Of a stretch of 64,000 nucleotides of DNA, positions 1-12,100 are shown in pieces. This stretch comes from Takakia lepidozioides (taxonomy: Eukaryota > Plantae > Bryophyta). The notes below the pieces were generated by a model. That model had not been told where the DNA came from. It did no database searches and saw nothing but the letters and a program-made list of their open reading frames with translations. The position numbers and the translations under genes are program-made. The stretch is from contig CM060731.1 in the NCBI GenBank assembly GCA_030704615.1, positions 65,286,001-65,350,000 on the forward strand, in the 5' to 3' direction. Within the stretch, counting starts at the first letter, position 1; every line of letters starts with the position of its first letter.

Positions 1-110
1 AGGCGTAGAATTCTGCTTTTGAATCCTCCTCCAAATACGCCATACTTAGGCAGGCAAAATCCTTTACGTGGGGTGGACCCCATACGGACTAACGATGTGA
101 GCCGTGGGAA

Positions 111-3100
111 ATGTCTTCCGTGGCTGCGATCAGACACTACTCGTACCTCCTCCGAGAGTCCGAACGCTGGATTGCGAGTTCCTCGTCAGAGTGGACAGTG
201 AATCACTCCTTGGAATTTCGCGTGTCTCCTGTCTATCGTCTTACTATTGACTGGCTGGCTGATTGGGAGGGAGACACATGCAGGTCAGAGCGATTGTGAG
301 GGCAGCTCAGTGGCAGGCTAGAACGGGGAGAAGATGGTGGAGGTGGGATGAGAGGGGGGTGCACGCAGGTGCTGAGGCATCTGATATCACATTGGTGTCT
401 CAGACTCTGAAAATTGTGTCCCTGGTCAAGGCCTTTCGAAGCCGAGGCCACTTTGTTGCCTCTCTTGGTATGTAGCTCTATTTTCTGCCCAATTGAGGGG
501 AAAGCCCTGAACCACGTTGGTAGTAGGTGACATTGCCACTGCAGTGAATTTGATGCTGCGTCTCCGCAGCTGAACGTGGATGTAGACTCCTCTGAAGTCG
601 TGATCGTACATAGTTGCAATGTAAGGATTTCTTTCATGGATTTCCTGGCCTGAAACTTCTCAAGTTTGCTTTGACCTTTTTATTTAGCGATTTAGACGCT
701 CACTTCGTCCCTTTGCCCTCCAACCGAAGATAAAATTCGGTGGGAGCGCCTCCTCAGTGACAGGCCTGTAGTTTCATTGGAGGCATGTGCTAGCTAAGTA
801 GTATGGATGCAGATTGGCAAGATGCACTCTCTGACCCTCTGTCCAGGTGCTTTTCATTTTGCTCAATTGGGGCTGCATGCTAGTTCTGAAGGAGAGGACA
901 GTTCTTTTGTAGGGTTGACACAGCCCACAAATATATGCTACTTACTAGCTTTTAAGTTAATCTGCTGCAAGGTGGATTAGCTCCTCAATGCCACTGGATG
1001 CATAAGCCCCCAGTAGCAAGGATACTTTAAGCTAGTCCCCACCATTACAATAAACTATGAGTGGGGTGACGGGTAATTGAACGGGTAATAGATGTTGGAG
1101 CCAATGGCTCACTCTGCGTCTTTACACACTCAAGCAACTACACCAAATGCTTTGCTAAAAGCCTACCATCCCTGGTCTGTCTGATAGCAGGGCTACAGCA
1201 AAGGAGAAAAAATTCAGTAAGTAAGGATAGCCATGATGTTTCTGCCTTTTGCACAGTGAAGACAATTTTTGTAATTGCTTACTTTGTGCTAGTATTTTCA
1301 AAGTTCCCCGACAGGGGAGGTGGTGGGAGCCATGGGATGGGGGACTTGTGTTACCATAGGTGGATCTCGGCATTACAGGACCTGACTAAGATTAGTTCAC
1401 ATCTGGATGGGGCTGAGGCAGATCCTCTAGGAAGAACACTAGGGCCACTGGTGGAGGGAAATGACTCTTTGGAATACTCAGAACCACCAAATGCCAAAGA
1501 CCTGTTTGAGCTCTTGAAGAACTACCCGGATCTGAACTTGGAGGCTGTTGGACTGAAAGGTGTGGATCCCAATAAAAGGTTCGCTCTCTTTCCTTTTTTT
1601 TCCCTGGAAGTCCCTGCACATTGTCCATGGAAAAACGTTCAACCAAACCACAGACTAATGCATTGTGTGGGGGAAGACAGGTATTTTCTGGGAGATCATC
1701 TCTCCATATCACGTGCCACACAGCTGTTCTGGACAGTTAATGAGGTAGTGGCACTGCTGCATGGGTGTTATTGTGGCACCATGACAGTGGAGTACGAGCA
1801 TGTGGTTGCCCAGCCTGCCAAAGACTGGATCCGGCTGATGGTTGAACGTCCGCAGGCGCGCTCCTTGTTCTCCCCTCCCTACCAACGCCAGATCCTCTAC
1901 CATCTACTCTATACTGGTATCTCCTTACCTACCGTTGGCCCTAGCTCAGGGTTTGCGGCTAGTAAGTGGTTTTAATAGAAGGGAGGAGGAAGTGACAAGG
2001 AAGAGATAGTCACCACATATATTTGACTGTGTGGTTGTGGGCTGTGTAGATTTCTTTGAGCGATTTCTTGCCAAGAAATTTCCAGCTTCCAAGCGCTTTG
2101 GAATAGAAGGGTGTGAAAGCTTGATTCCTGGTCTCTTTGCTCTCACTGAGGTTTGTCACAACAACGACTTACACTTACTGCTCTTTTAGATGTCGCAGGA
2201 GGGGAGTAATCTTGAGGGCAGGAGATTAATCTTTGTGGAGCAATTTGTGGGCTTGTAAGCCCCCAGGGTATGAAGCTTAGCTGAAAATTGCATAGTACCT
2301 ATGCACAAGTGACTGAAATCTGCTCACAGGGATTTGAGGTTGGTTTCAAGGGCCGCCATTGACATAAGATTAATTCTGGTGTCAGCAGTAGTAATATCCA
2401 AAACCTCAACCCCGATAGTTAACAAGAAAAGCTGTGTCTAACTTGGTAAGTTCCTTCCTAATGTTCCCCAGAAAAAGTAGTAATGCAGTCCATTCGCAAA
2501 GGCTAAGCACTGGAACAAAAATCCAAATGAGATTGCCACAAAACCTACTTGGTCTGTTCCTGAATGACAATGCCCCTCGACAGAGTGCATCTGCAATACG
2601 CTGCTTGGCACTCCTGGTCTTCATGACTGATGGCCTATGACTCGGATGAGCAGTCTCTGAAACGACTGTAGTCTCTTCCTCTCATCTCATAGAATACTCA
2701 ACAAGAGAGGAAAAGAAGTGGATTTCCATCTCCACACCTGTAGGTGGCATACCGGACAGGCCATGTGTCTCTCTAAGTGCATTCAAGGCTACAGCAAGCA
2801 ACGTCTTACGAGTACATTCTCTAAGTGCATTCTTGCTGACATACTTCCTTTCCGTTGTTGTTTCTTTTCCTTGTGGTTTTGTCCTGATGCCTTTGTTTTG
2901 ATCCCATGTGCTCTTCTTTACCTTGGATGTGGCTACGTTTTAATCCCTGACCACCTCTCAAACATGAGTTCAGAGTTTACTAGGCTCTCACATTGATATA
3001 TGTGATCACTTTTTTGCCTCCGATATGGTTTGCAGGATGGTGTGTTATTTGTCTTAATCTTATGAATCAAGTTGAAGGGAGGTGCAGAGATTCAAATGTC

Positions 3101-6100
3101 TTGTAAACACCTAGACTGGGATGTGCTGAGGGTGTGCAGAGAGCTGCCGAAGCTGGAGTGAAGGCTGTTGAGTTGGGAATGTCACACAGGTTCGTGGACC
3201 ACGTTAGAAAGGCAACAATGCAATCTGTTGGCTGGGAAGAACGTCAAGTGCACAGACCAGCATAGTTTCGTTGAAGAACTGTCAGAGGGAAAGTACTAAC
3301 AGAGATGAGGGCATCTATACATCATCCATGCTTCTACCCATTTCATAATATTGAACACCAGTCTTTCTTGGTGACAATGAGACATGTGACTGATGCGTAT
3401 GGTCATGGCTGTCCTGTCAGAGGCCGGCTGAATGTGCTACACACATTACTCTCGAAGCCATTGGGAGGTATTGTGACAGAGTTCAAGAATGCGGGCGGAA
3501 GTCTACATGTTGGAGATGTTAAATACCATCTTGGTACTCGCGGTACATTATACTTCGGTGACAAGTCGGTACTTCTATTGCACCTTTAACACAGTACTGT
3601 CTGAATGTGCAATGGTGAGAGACAATATGCTGTTGTGGTTTTAGTCTGACTGCAGGCTAGATGGATTAGAAGAAAGTGGTGAAGTATAAGTATTCAGGCA
3701 AAGAGAAAAATGAAATGAAATGAAACGAAATGGTACTTTATGCTTTATACTTAAGGGGAAGAAAGAAAATAGAAAAAGAGCAGGGCCCTCCACAGTCCGA
3801 AAGCAACTATTGCTCAAGCGATTGTCTAAGAGTCAATGTCTCATGCAGGTAGGCTGCCAAGCACTTCTGATCCTCATAGTGAAAGACCTCGGTGAGAGAT
3901 TGGGTATCACGGAGGAGTTAGCCCCTCACAAAGGTAGTGTCTATTCTCTGTTTCCGTCCAAACTGGGCACGGGGTCTTTGGCCACAAGGCTACGGCAAAC
4001 GAAGGCTTATGAGTACGTTTTCTCCTCAGCTCCTAATGCTAGAGGCTGAGGCTAAATCCCTGGCCCTGTTGGGGTCTACTTGCTGGGCAGTTACAATCTT
4101 TCTTACAAGGTTACAAGCCCTTCCACCAAAAGGGACAGCCTGGGCCCTCACAACATCCATCAGGCTCAAAACCCCTGGTCTCAAGACCTCCTGGTATGCT
4201 CAGGTGTCCAACGTTTTTGAGCGCAATGAACTCTCAGTTTCTTCCCTACTGCCACAAAATACGGAAATTGCGTCTAAACAAGACCACAATAGATGCATCA
4301 GACAAGAACTTCAGGAACTTCACATCTGGCGGACGTGCAAACCAGCCAATCGTACAGCAGTCCTATCAGTCCTAGCAGTCATATCATGAGACATTCTAGG
4401 TCCTCCGTGACGATTATGAATCTTGCGACCTGGAAATTACTCTATCTCCCTCTCTTCTAAGGGTATTGGGGTGGTTCAGGGCTCCCACAGTCTGCAGATA
4501 GAGATTGGTTGGTGGAACATCCTGCAACGTGATGACCGCCTTTGCCTTGCTCGCGCTGGGAAGACTTACCTTGACATAAACAATTAGCTTGGGCTTTCCA
4601 GATATCCCTTCGCACAAACATCAATCGCTGTGTGTGAGCAGCCCAAAGTTAGACCCCAACAGGGCCAGGGCTTTAGGCTCAGCTTCGAAATTTTGAAAGT
4701 TGGTGAACAGAGGTGCAGGAACCATGTTCTTGATCTTCCTGAAGAGGGTTACTCTCTGGTGAGAACACCCCGGACAATGTATCAGAAAATGGATACTGTG
4801 TTCAGGTTGCCCGCACATTGGGCAATTACAATCTCCTTTTCCTCTCTGCATCTGTTTATTGCTCAAAGGTAGGTCCCAGCCCTGAGTTTAAATTTCACTC
4901 TAGGCCTTCACTGTCATATGCAGCCCTCTGGATTGCATCCTGTATCTGCTCACCCTCCCATGTAGCATCCACTGTAATCCATTGGCTAAAGCACAGTCCT
5001 AGAATGCAAACACCTTGTAGTTGCAAAACCGGTCCTCAAGGAACAATCATCCTCAAGGTCCTTGCCCATGTCACAGACTGGAAACAAGTTCAGGGAAGAG
5101 AATGCACTCATAAGACCTTGTTTGCCATCGCCTTGTGAAAGGTGAGTAGAGAATGTACTTATAAGTCGTTGTTTGCCGTAGCCTTGTGGCCATTGACCCC
5201 GCACTCAGTTTGAGCAGAACACAAAGGAACAGAACTACCTTTGTCAGGGGCTGATGCCGGTAGTATGACTTACCTTGGAAAAGACAATTAATCGGAGTTT
5301 TCCAGATATCCTCTAGAAATCCCTTCACACAAATCAATCTGCTTTGTGTGGTTTGCCCAATAACTAGGCCCCAAAAATGACCCGAGCTTTTGTCTCAGCC
5401 TCGAGACTTTCAAAGTTGGTAAACAGAATTCAGGCACAATTCCCTTGATGGATTTGAAGAGTTCGTCTCTCTCGTGAGAGTACCCAGGACAATGAATCAG
5501 AAAATGAATATTGTCTTCAGGTTGCTCACACAACGGGCAGTTGTAATCCCTCTTTCCTCTCTGCATCTGTTTGCTGTTCAAAGGTAGGCTTCTTGCCCTG
5601 AGTTTAAATTTCAGTCTAGTGACAAGGGTGGATAAACCCTTGAGGTCATCCATGGTGAGGAGAGATTGTACTCATAAGACGTTGTTTGCCGTAGCCTTGT
5701 GGCCATTGACCCCGCGCCCAGTTTGAGCGGGACAAAAGGAACAGAACCTACCTCTGTCAGGGGCTGACGTTGGTAGTAAGACTTACCTTATATAAAGAAT
5801 TAATCCGGGTTTTCCAGATATCCTCTAGAAATCCCTTCACACAAGCATCAATCTGCTGTGTGTGATTTGCCCAAAAACTAGGCCTCAGGAGGGCCTGGGC
5901 TTTTGGCTCAGCTTCGAGACTTTCAAAGTTGGTAAACAGGGGTACAGGCACAATTCCCTTGATAGAGTTGAAGAGAGCGTCTCTTTGGTGAGAGAACCCC
6001 GGACAGTGTATCAGAAAATGAATACTGTCTTCAGATTGCCCACACAACGGGCAATTGCACTCTCCCTTTCCTCTCTGCTTCTGTTGCTGTTCAAAGGTAG

Positions 6101-9100
6101 GCTTCCTGCCCTGAGTTTAAATTTCAGTCTAGTGCCGAGAGTGGGTAGACCCTTGAGGTCATCCAAGATGTCCTCCCCCATGTCACAGACTGGAAACAAG
6201 TTCAGGGCTGGTATGGTGGTATCACCCACCCTTAACCCAAATCCCTCACTTTCCACATCCTCGAGGAGTTGATTGATCAAAACATTGAAGAGCAGAGGGG
6301 AGAGAGTACATCCTTGAGCTACACCTTGGTCTATGTCAAAGAAGTTGGACTTCTGTCCGTTAACAGTGACACAGCTTTTGGTGTGAGCATACAAGTTGTG
6401 GACAACTCTCCACATCTTTCCCTTGATCCCACAAGACCAGAGGCGGAACCATAGGCCATCTCTCCACACTGTGTCATAAGCCTTTTTGACATCCAGGAAA
6501 AAGACATAAGTGGGTTTCCCTTCTTTTTTCGTTCCCTGGATAATCTGGCTTAGAGTGAAGATATGATCCACACAGCCCCTGTTTCGCCGAAAGCCAGCTT
6601 GGCTTTCGTGGAAACAACCTCTAGACTCCAGATCAACCTCGAGATGAGTACTTATAACTCTGCAGAATGTCTTGCCAACAGCATTGAGGAGCGTGATGCC
6701 ACGGTAGTTCCCCGGTTCTTCTCTGTCACCCTTCTTGTATAGATTGACAATGACCCCCTGTCGCCAGCGAAAGGGGATCATTTCAGTCTTCCAGATAAGG
6801 TTAAAGAGGAGAACTAGGGCCTCTATCATGGGATCGCCACCGTGCTTGATAAGCTCGTTGACAATACCATCAGGTCCACCAGCTTTATAACCATTTAAAT
6901 GTTCAATTGCTTCCACAATCTCAGAAGAACTAATGGGAGCATTATAAGCCATTGAAATATACTCCAGTTCATCAGGGCTGTTTTGAATCATAGGAACAGT
7001 TTTTCCAACTGTGTCCCTCCATTCAGCAGAAGACCCCTCACTGTTAGACCTAGAAGTTCTGCCAAGGATACTGTAGTGAGTTTCAAAGGTTTTGACAATG
7101 TCAACCGATGAAGTCACCACTGCACCTTTAGTAGTCTTCAGCGCTTGTACTTGCTGACCGTTGTCCGGCTTGTACAAACGTTGAAGGGCCATCCAGAATT
7201 TCTTGTCATTACCACCATGGTGGTTTGAGTTTATTTCACTGTATAACTTGTCCCAGTATAATTTCTTCTGAGACCTAACAAGCTGATTGATATCTTTACG
7301 GAGCTGGTAGTACCTCGCCCACAATTCTCTGTTGGTTTCCAAATTGCAGCACTCTTTATAGAGGGCTCGTCTCTCAGCTATCTTGAGTTTAATCTCATTA
7401 GTCCACCAATTAACTGCTCTACCGCAGACAATTAGTTTCCTCCCAATGATCTTGTCAGCCACGGAGGAAACGAAACTCTCCCAAGAGTCCACTGCTCTTT
7501 CGACTTCATTTCTTGCGTTAACAGAGCGTGACTGAAGTTCTTGGAGCGATTGGACAAAATGAGGGAGAGCCTCTTGCAAGGCCTGGACGTACTCAGCCTT
7601 GACCTCCTCATTGTGGAATTTTTCTATGCGCCACTTCCGAATCGAACGTTTCACAGATCGCTTGGTGGTGGGAAAACACCTTTTGATCTCAGTCCAAACC
7701 AGGAAGTGGTCATAGGTACCAATATCAGTTCTGTCGATCAACACATTGGCACACTGGGGGAACAAAATTTTGTCCATTATGATATAGTCCACAATGGAAC
7801 GTTTCCCAGTTTGGGGTTTCTCACGAGTCCACTGCACTTGGTCACCTCTTGTCCTGTTATTCAAGGTCAAAAGCTGAAGCTCTTCTAAACAGTTAATTAA
7901 CCGTCTGCCATTAGAATTCAGCTCATCCTCACCAAAAGGTCCAATGATATCGTCCTGATGGATCCCTTTGCCCACCCGGGCATTGAAGTCCCCCAATAGT
8001 ACCACCTGACCTTTGGCAAGGAACAAAGCACAGTCCAGCTTTACATCTTCGAAGGCCTTGTCTGCGTCAGCACTAAGGGTCCCCTCTGTGGGCATGTAAA
8101 CACAACCAACAAAGAGGTCCTTTGTCCTCATGCCGCCCTTCAAATTCAGTTTTAGCCAGATACTATGCTCGTACCTCAAACCCTTGTTGATAATTTCACA
8201 ATTGTCAAACAAGAAATCACGGACAAAGAATCCGACCCCTTTTTGACCGGGTTTGGCAGAGGCTGCCTTGAGAGTACACATCTTACCTGCCCACTTATAA
8301 CCAATGACATCTCCAACCAGTTTATCCGACGTTTCCCATGTTTCTTGCCCAGCACAGATATGAATATCATTAGTCCAAAGAACTTGTCCCACTTCAAGTT
8401 GTTTCCTTTGGTTGGTCAACCCTGAGAAGTTGAAAGTGGCCAGCCGCAAGCCAGCCCTTTGCGTGTGAATTGTTTGTCGTCTAGGTAGCTTGTGATTGCT
8501 CCTGGACGGCCAACCGTTCTGCAAAGGGGGGACAGTTACCCCATGTGTAGATTTTGCTCGTCTTGTGTAAACTTTGAGAATTGGTAAACCATTCAGGGTA
8601 CCAAATCTTTCAGTTACACGACGCACAGGCTCCGCACACATAGGGGCAGATTGTCCGTCAGACTGCTCGGGGACAATTACCCCGTGTATAGATTTTGCTC
8701 GTCTTGTGTAGACTTTGAGGATTGGTAAACCATTTAGAGTACCAAATCCTTCAGTTACACGACGTTCAGGCTCTGCACACTTAGGGACAGATTGTCCATC
8801 TGACGGCTTGGGGACAATTACCCCGTGTATAGAATTTGTTCGTCTTGTGTAAACCTTGAGGATTGGTAACAGAGTACCAAATCCTTCAGATTCAGGACGT
8901 TCAGGTTCCGTACACTTAGGGGCATCTTGTCCTTCTGGCTGTTTGGATTCAACCTCATCCAGAGCATCAAACCGATTAGAAACTCTCAAGTTGAAGTTGT
9001 TGCCCTTGGTTGTCTTCCTAGAGCGCCCCATTGAATCACCAATGTCTAAGACCGCTCTCCAGCCAGTCAAGGGACGAACTTCTTTGAGATTGAATTGATG

Positions 9101-12100
9101 CGGGACTCTATTAGAAGCACTTTTGGTCATTGCAACCTTCAACGTACCCCTGTTATCAAGTCTCGAGATGGTACCATTAGCCATGAAATCCAAGCCTAAG
9201 CTAGAGCATGTAGTTTTAAAGGACACATCGTCCATCCTGGGATTCACCCCAAAAACTACACATGAAGCCCTAGATTTGGCATAAGTAACCAATTCCCAGG
9301 GATCACCCTGAGGAGTGTTGATGTTGATAGGAGCTAAATTTTTGATTGTTTTCACAGGCCATAAGTTTAAGCACAGGAACCAACCCGAGCCCAAGTGCCG
9401 AGTATGCTAGACAGAGCATACGACTGCCCAATTTGGGCGGAGGGGCTGCCCCCAAGCGGTAGGAGTCCGCTTGTTACCATTCAGAGATCACACTCCAGGG
9501 AGTTGCAGGGAATGGCCCGTGTAGGCATATTCTAAAGAAGGAAAGGCCCCAAGCTTTCCAACTAAATCCAATGCACTACCTTACCTGAAGCAAAGCGCTT
9601 CAGGTTGAAACAAACAAGAACACGAGGTCACAAGGCCGGCATTTAGTCACAGAGACATTAATGTACTCCCGTTTCAAGTCCACCCAATGTCAATTGGCTT
9701 CCTAGAGGACAGGGAGATCAGGTGAGGAGAGAGTGAGAGGGAGAGGAAGGAGTGCAAGTTGCCCACCGCCATTGAGGGATGCGCACTCCAGCAGTGGAGT
9801 CTACCTGTAAAGATGAAGACTGGTCTTCCACATTTGAAGAGAAAGAGTCTCTGATAAAATACACTGTAAAGCAGACACAGCCAATGTACAGTTCCGTATT
9901 CCTACCCAAAGTTCAATGGTTGCATCAGCCTTTCTGCACTTTTATCCTTCTTTCATAGTGTCTGACTAGGGCAGCTGAATGTGAAAAGTCTAACCAATCA
10001 TAACTTGATATAAGTGTTTCTATGGTGGGGCAGATTCAACTATCACTATCTCCGAACCCAAGCCATTTAGAGGCCGTGGATCCAGTGGTTTTAGGCAAGA
10101 CTCGGGCCAAACAGTTTTTCAATGGAGATCATACTCGACTTGAAAACATGGTGGGTGTGGCAGACATAATCAAGTTTTATTTTGGCTTTTCACTTGCTGG
10201 TCATTAAACTCTTATCCAACTACTTGACATCTGGTGCTGCACAGTGGAAGTTCTAGCTGAATGAGGAGGAACAGGCTAGTCTGTACACAGTCATCTGTGA
10301 ACCTCAAAGAATCCTATACTGTTGATATCATACTGCGTATGTCTGGAACCAGCAGTGTTCATTTTTCAGATGAATAGGTAATTAAATTGCGTTATTGCTG
10401 TAATTAGGTGAGTGGTGGTGAGCGTCTGAAACTGGAATTTGGGGTACTTTTAAACATCTCAAGAGCTGCATGTTTATGGTAGGAAGTCTATAGCTAGCTG
10501 TGCCACGCATAAGGAAGGAGTGGTCTCGCCTTTCATATATACCACTAAATTGCCTGCTTTACTGTCTAAGTGGAGGGAGTGGTACAGGGACTGTTACTGC
10601 ATGGGGATGCTGCATTCAGTGGCTTGGGCCTTGCTTCCGAGGTCATGCAGGTTTGTAGTGTGATTTTCCTCTCCCTTCTTCCCCTGTTGTTATGCTAGGA
10701 TCTGGGTGTGCTTGCTTAGTGCAATTTTGGATTCCTCTGCAAGGAGTATGGTGTAAGACACATGATTCAAGACACACAATTCAAGAAAGATGCAATATTC
10801 CCCACAGCAAGCATCTGTGCTATCTGAAGGAAATGTCTATTTTTAATCACTCTTATCAGCCCTTCAGAGCTCTTGTGCAAAGTGGAACCAAGGCAAGGTT
10901 CCACTCTGCAAAGATCAGCGACACATGATGTCGTGCAACACAAAAAAGATATGATTCAAAATTCCGTCATGGGCGTGCTTCGGCCCTATCAGAGGGAAAA
11001 TAATATTTTTCATCACTATCAGCCCTTAAAGACTCTTGTGGAAAGTGGAATCAGGGCAAGTGTCTTAGAGGTCTGGCAGCAACTGAGATGTAGGTAGGTG
11101 GCCAGTTTGTGGATCCTCTTCTGTAGTACAATATATTCTCTTTCAATCAAGAAGTATCTGGCTGCTTAGTTGTGCCATGGTCACTAGGTCTTTGTAGCTC
11201 TGTCAAGGGAGGTCTGGGTCTCATCAAGGCTCCCAGGCTAGCCAACCTGAGTGGCATTTACAACTACGGCCTTTGATACTCACCAAAGCACTACCCAAGT
11301 CTTAGCTGGAATTATAACTTAACTGGTCCTATTCCAGATTCGATTGGGCATCTCAAGAAGTTGAGAAGTCTGAATCTGGTTGAAGTAAAAAGGGTGCCTT
11401 TCCTTCTTTACCCACTCATCCTGAATCCACTACTTAGAATCCAGGGTGGCGCTAGGAAATAATGGTGGAGGGTTTCCATCTGCAGACCATAATCTTTACC
11501 CACTATTCAATTATGATGGATGGCTGCATGCCATGAAGGGGTTCATCCCAAATAGTGAGTGCCTACTCTCCTGGTGGGTGGGGGGAGCACCCTCCATTAG
11601 TGGGTTGACCGCCAGATAATAATGGGTGAGTGAGTGAGTTTGTGCTGCTGGAAGGCCTCCTCACCCACTATTATCTGACGGATTCAGGTTGGGTGGGCAT
11701 AGGTGGAAAGGCACCCTAAGTTCTCCTTTTCTGCAGCTGGTCCTGTCACCTTCTACCGCAGGTTTCACTGCATGTTTGCTTTTGTGGTTTATCACTCAAG
11801 TGTCGCCTCCTTTGAGAAGGAAACAGAACCAAGAACTTGGAACTGGCAAAGTAGGAAACTTCCTTATTCATTTTCAACAGCTGGGAATATGTTCCTGAGG
11901 TCGGCTGCTGGGCTATGTGGGTGGACATTATTTTGCGTACATCAAGCTGTCAGATTTACCAGAATACACAACAGGGGGCACCATCCATGTTATTATTAAC
12001 AACCAGATCGGCTTCACTACTGATCCGAAGCTGGCCCGCTCTTCACCTCACCCCAGTGATGTTGCTAAGGTATTCATTCTTTTATCACAAAAATTACATA

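Larger units (their letters stand above)
5666..9720 (-). mobile_element. RTE/RTEX-like non-LTR retrotransposon (family A), internally deleted
   Basis: 12-bp TSD ggtgaggagaga (5654-5665, 9721-9732). Contains APE endonuclease, RT and C-terminal CCHC coding sequence. No poly(A); ends ...cgtcttatgagtacaa. Confidence 0.9.

Noticed and set aside
1256-1975. 239-aa single-exon ORF
   Set aside because: It is OGDH exons 3-4 read through an in-frame 102-nt intron plus flanking intron sequence.
5666-5770. Self-cleaving ribozyme in the conserved LINE tail
   Set aside because: No hammerhead core (CUGANGA...GAAA) or HDV-like pseudoknot could be traced by eye; an Infernal/Rfam search would be needed.
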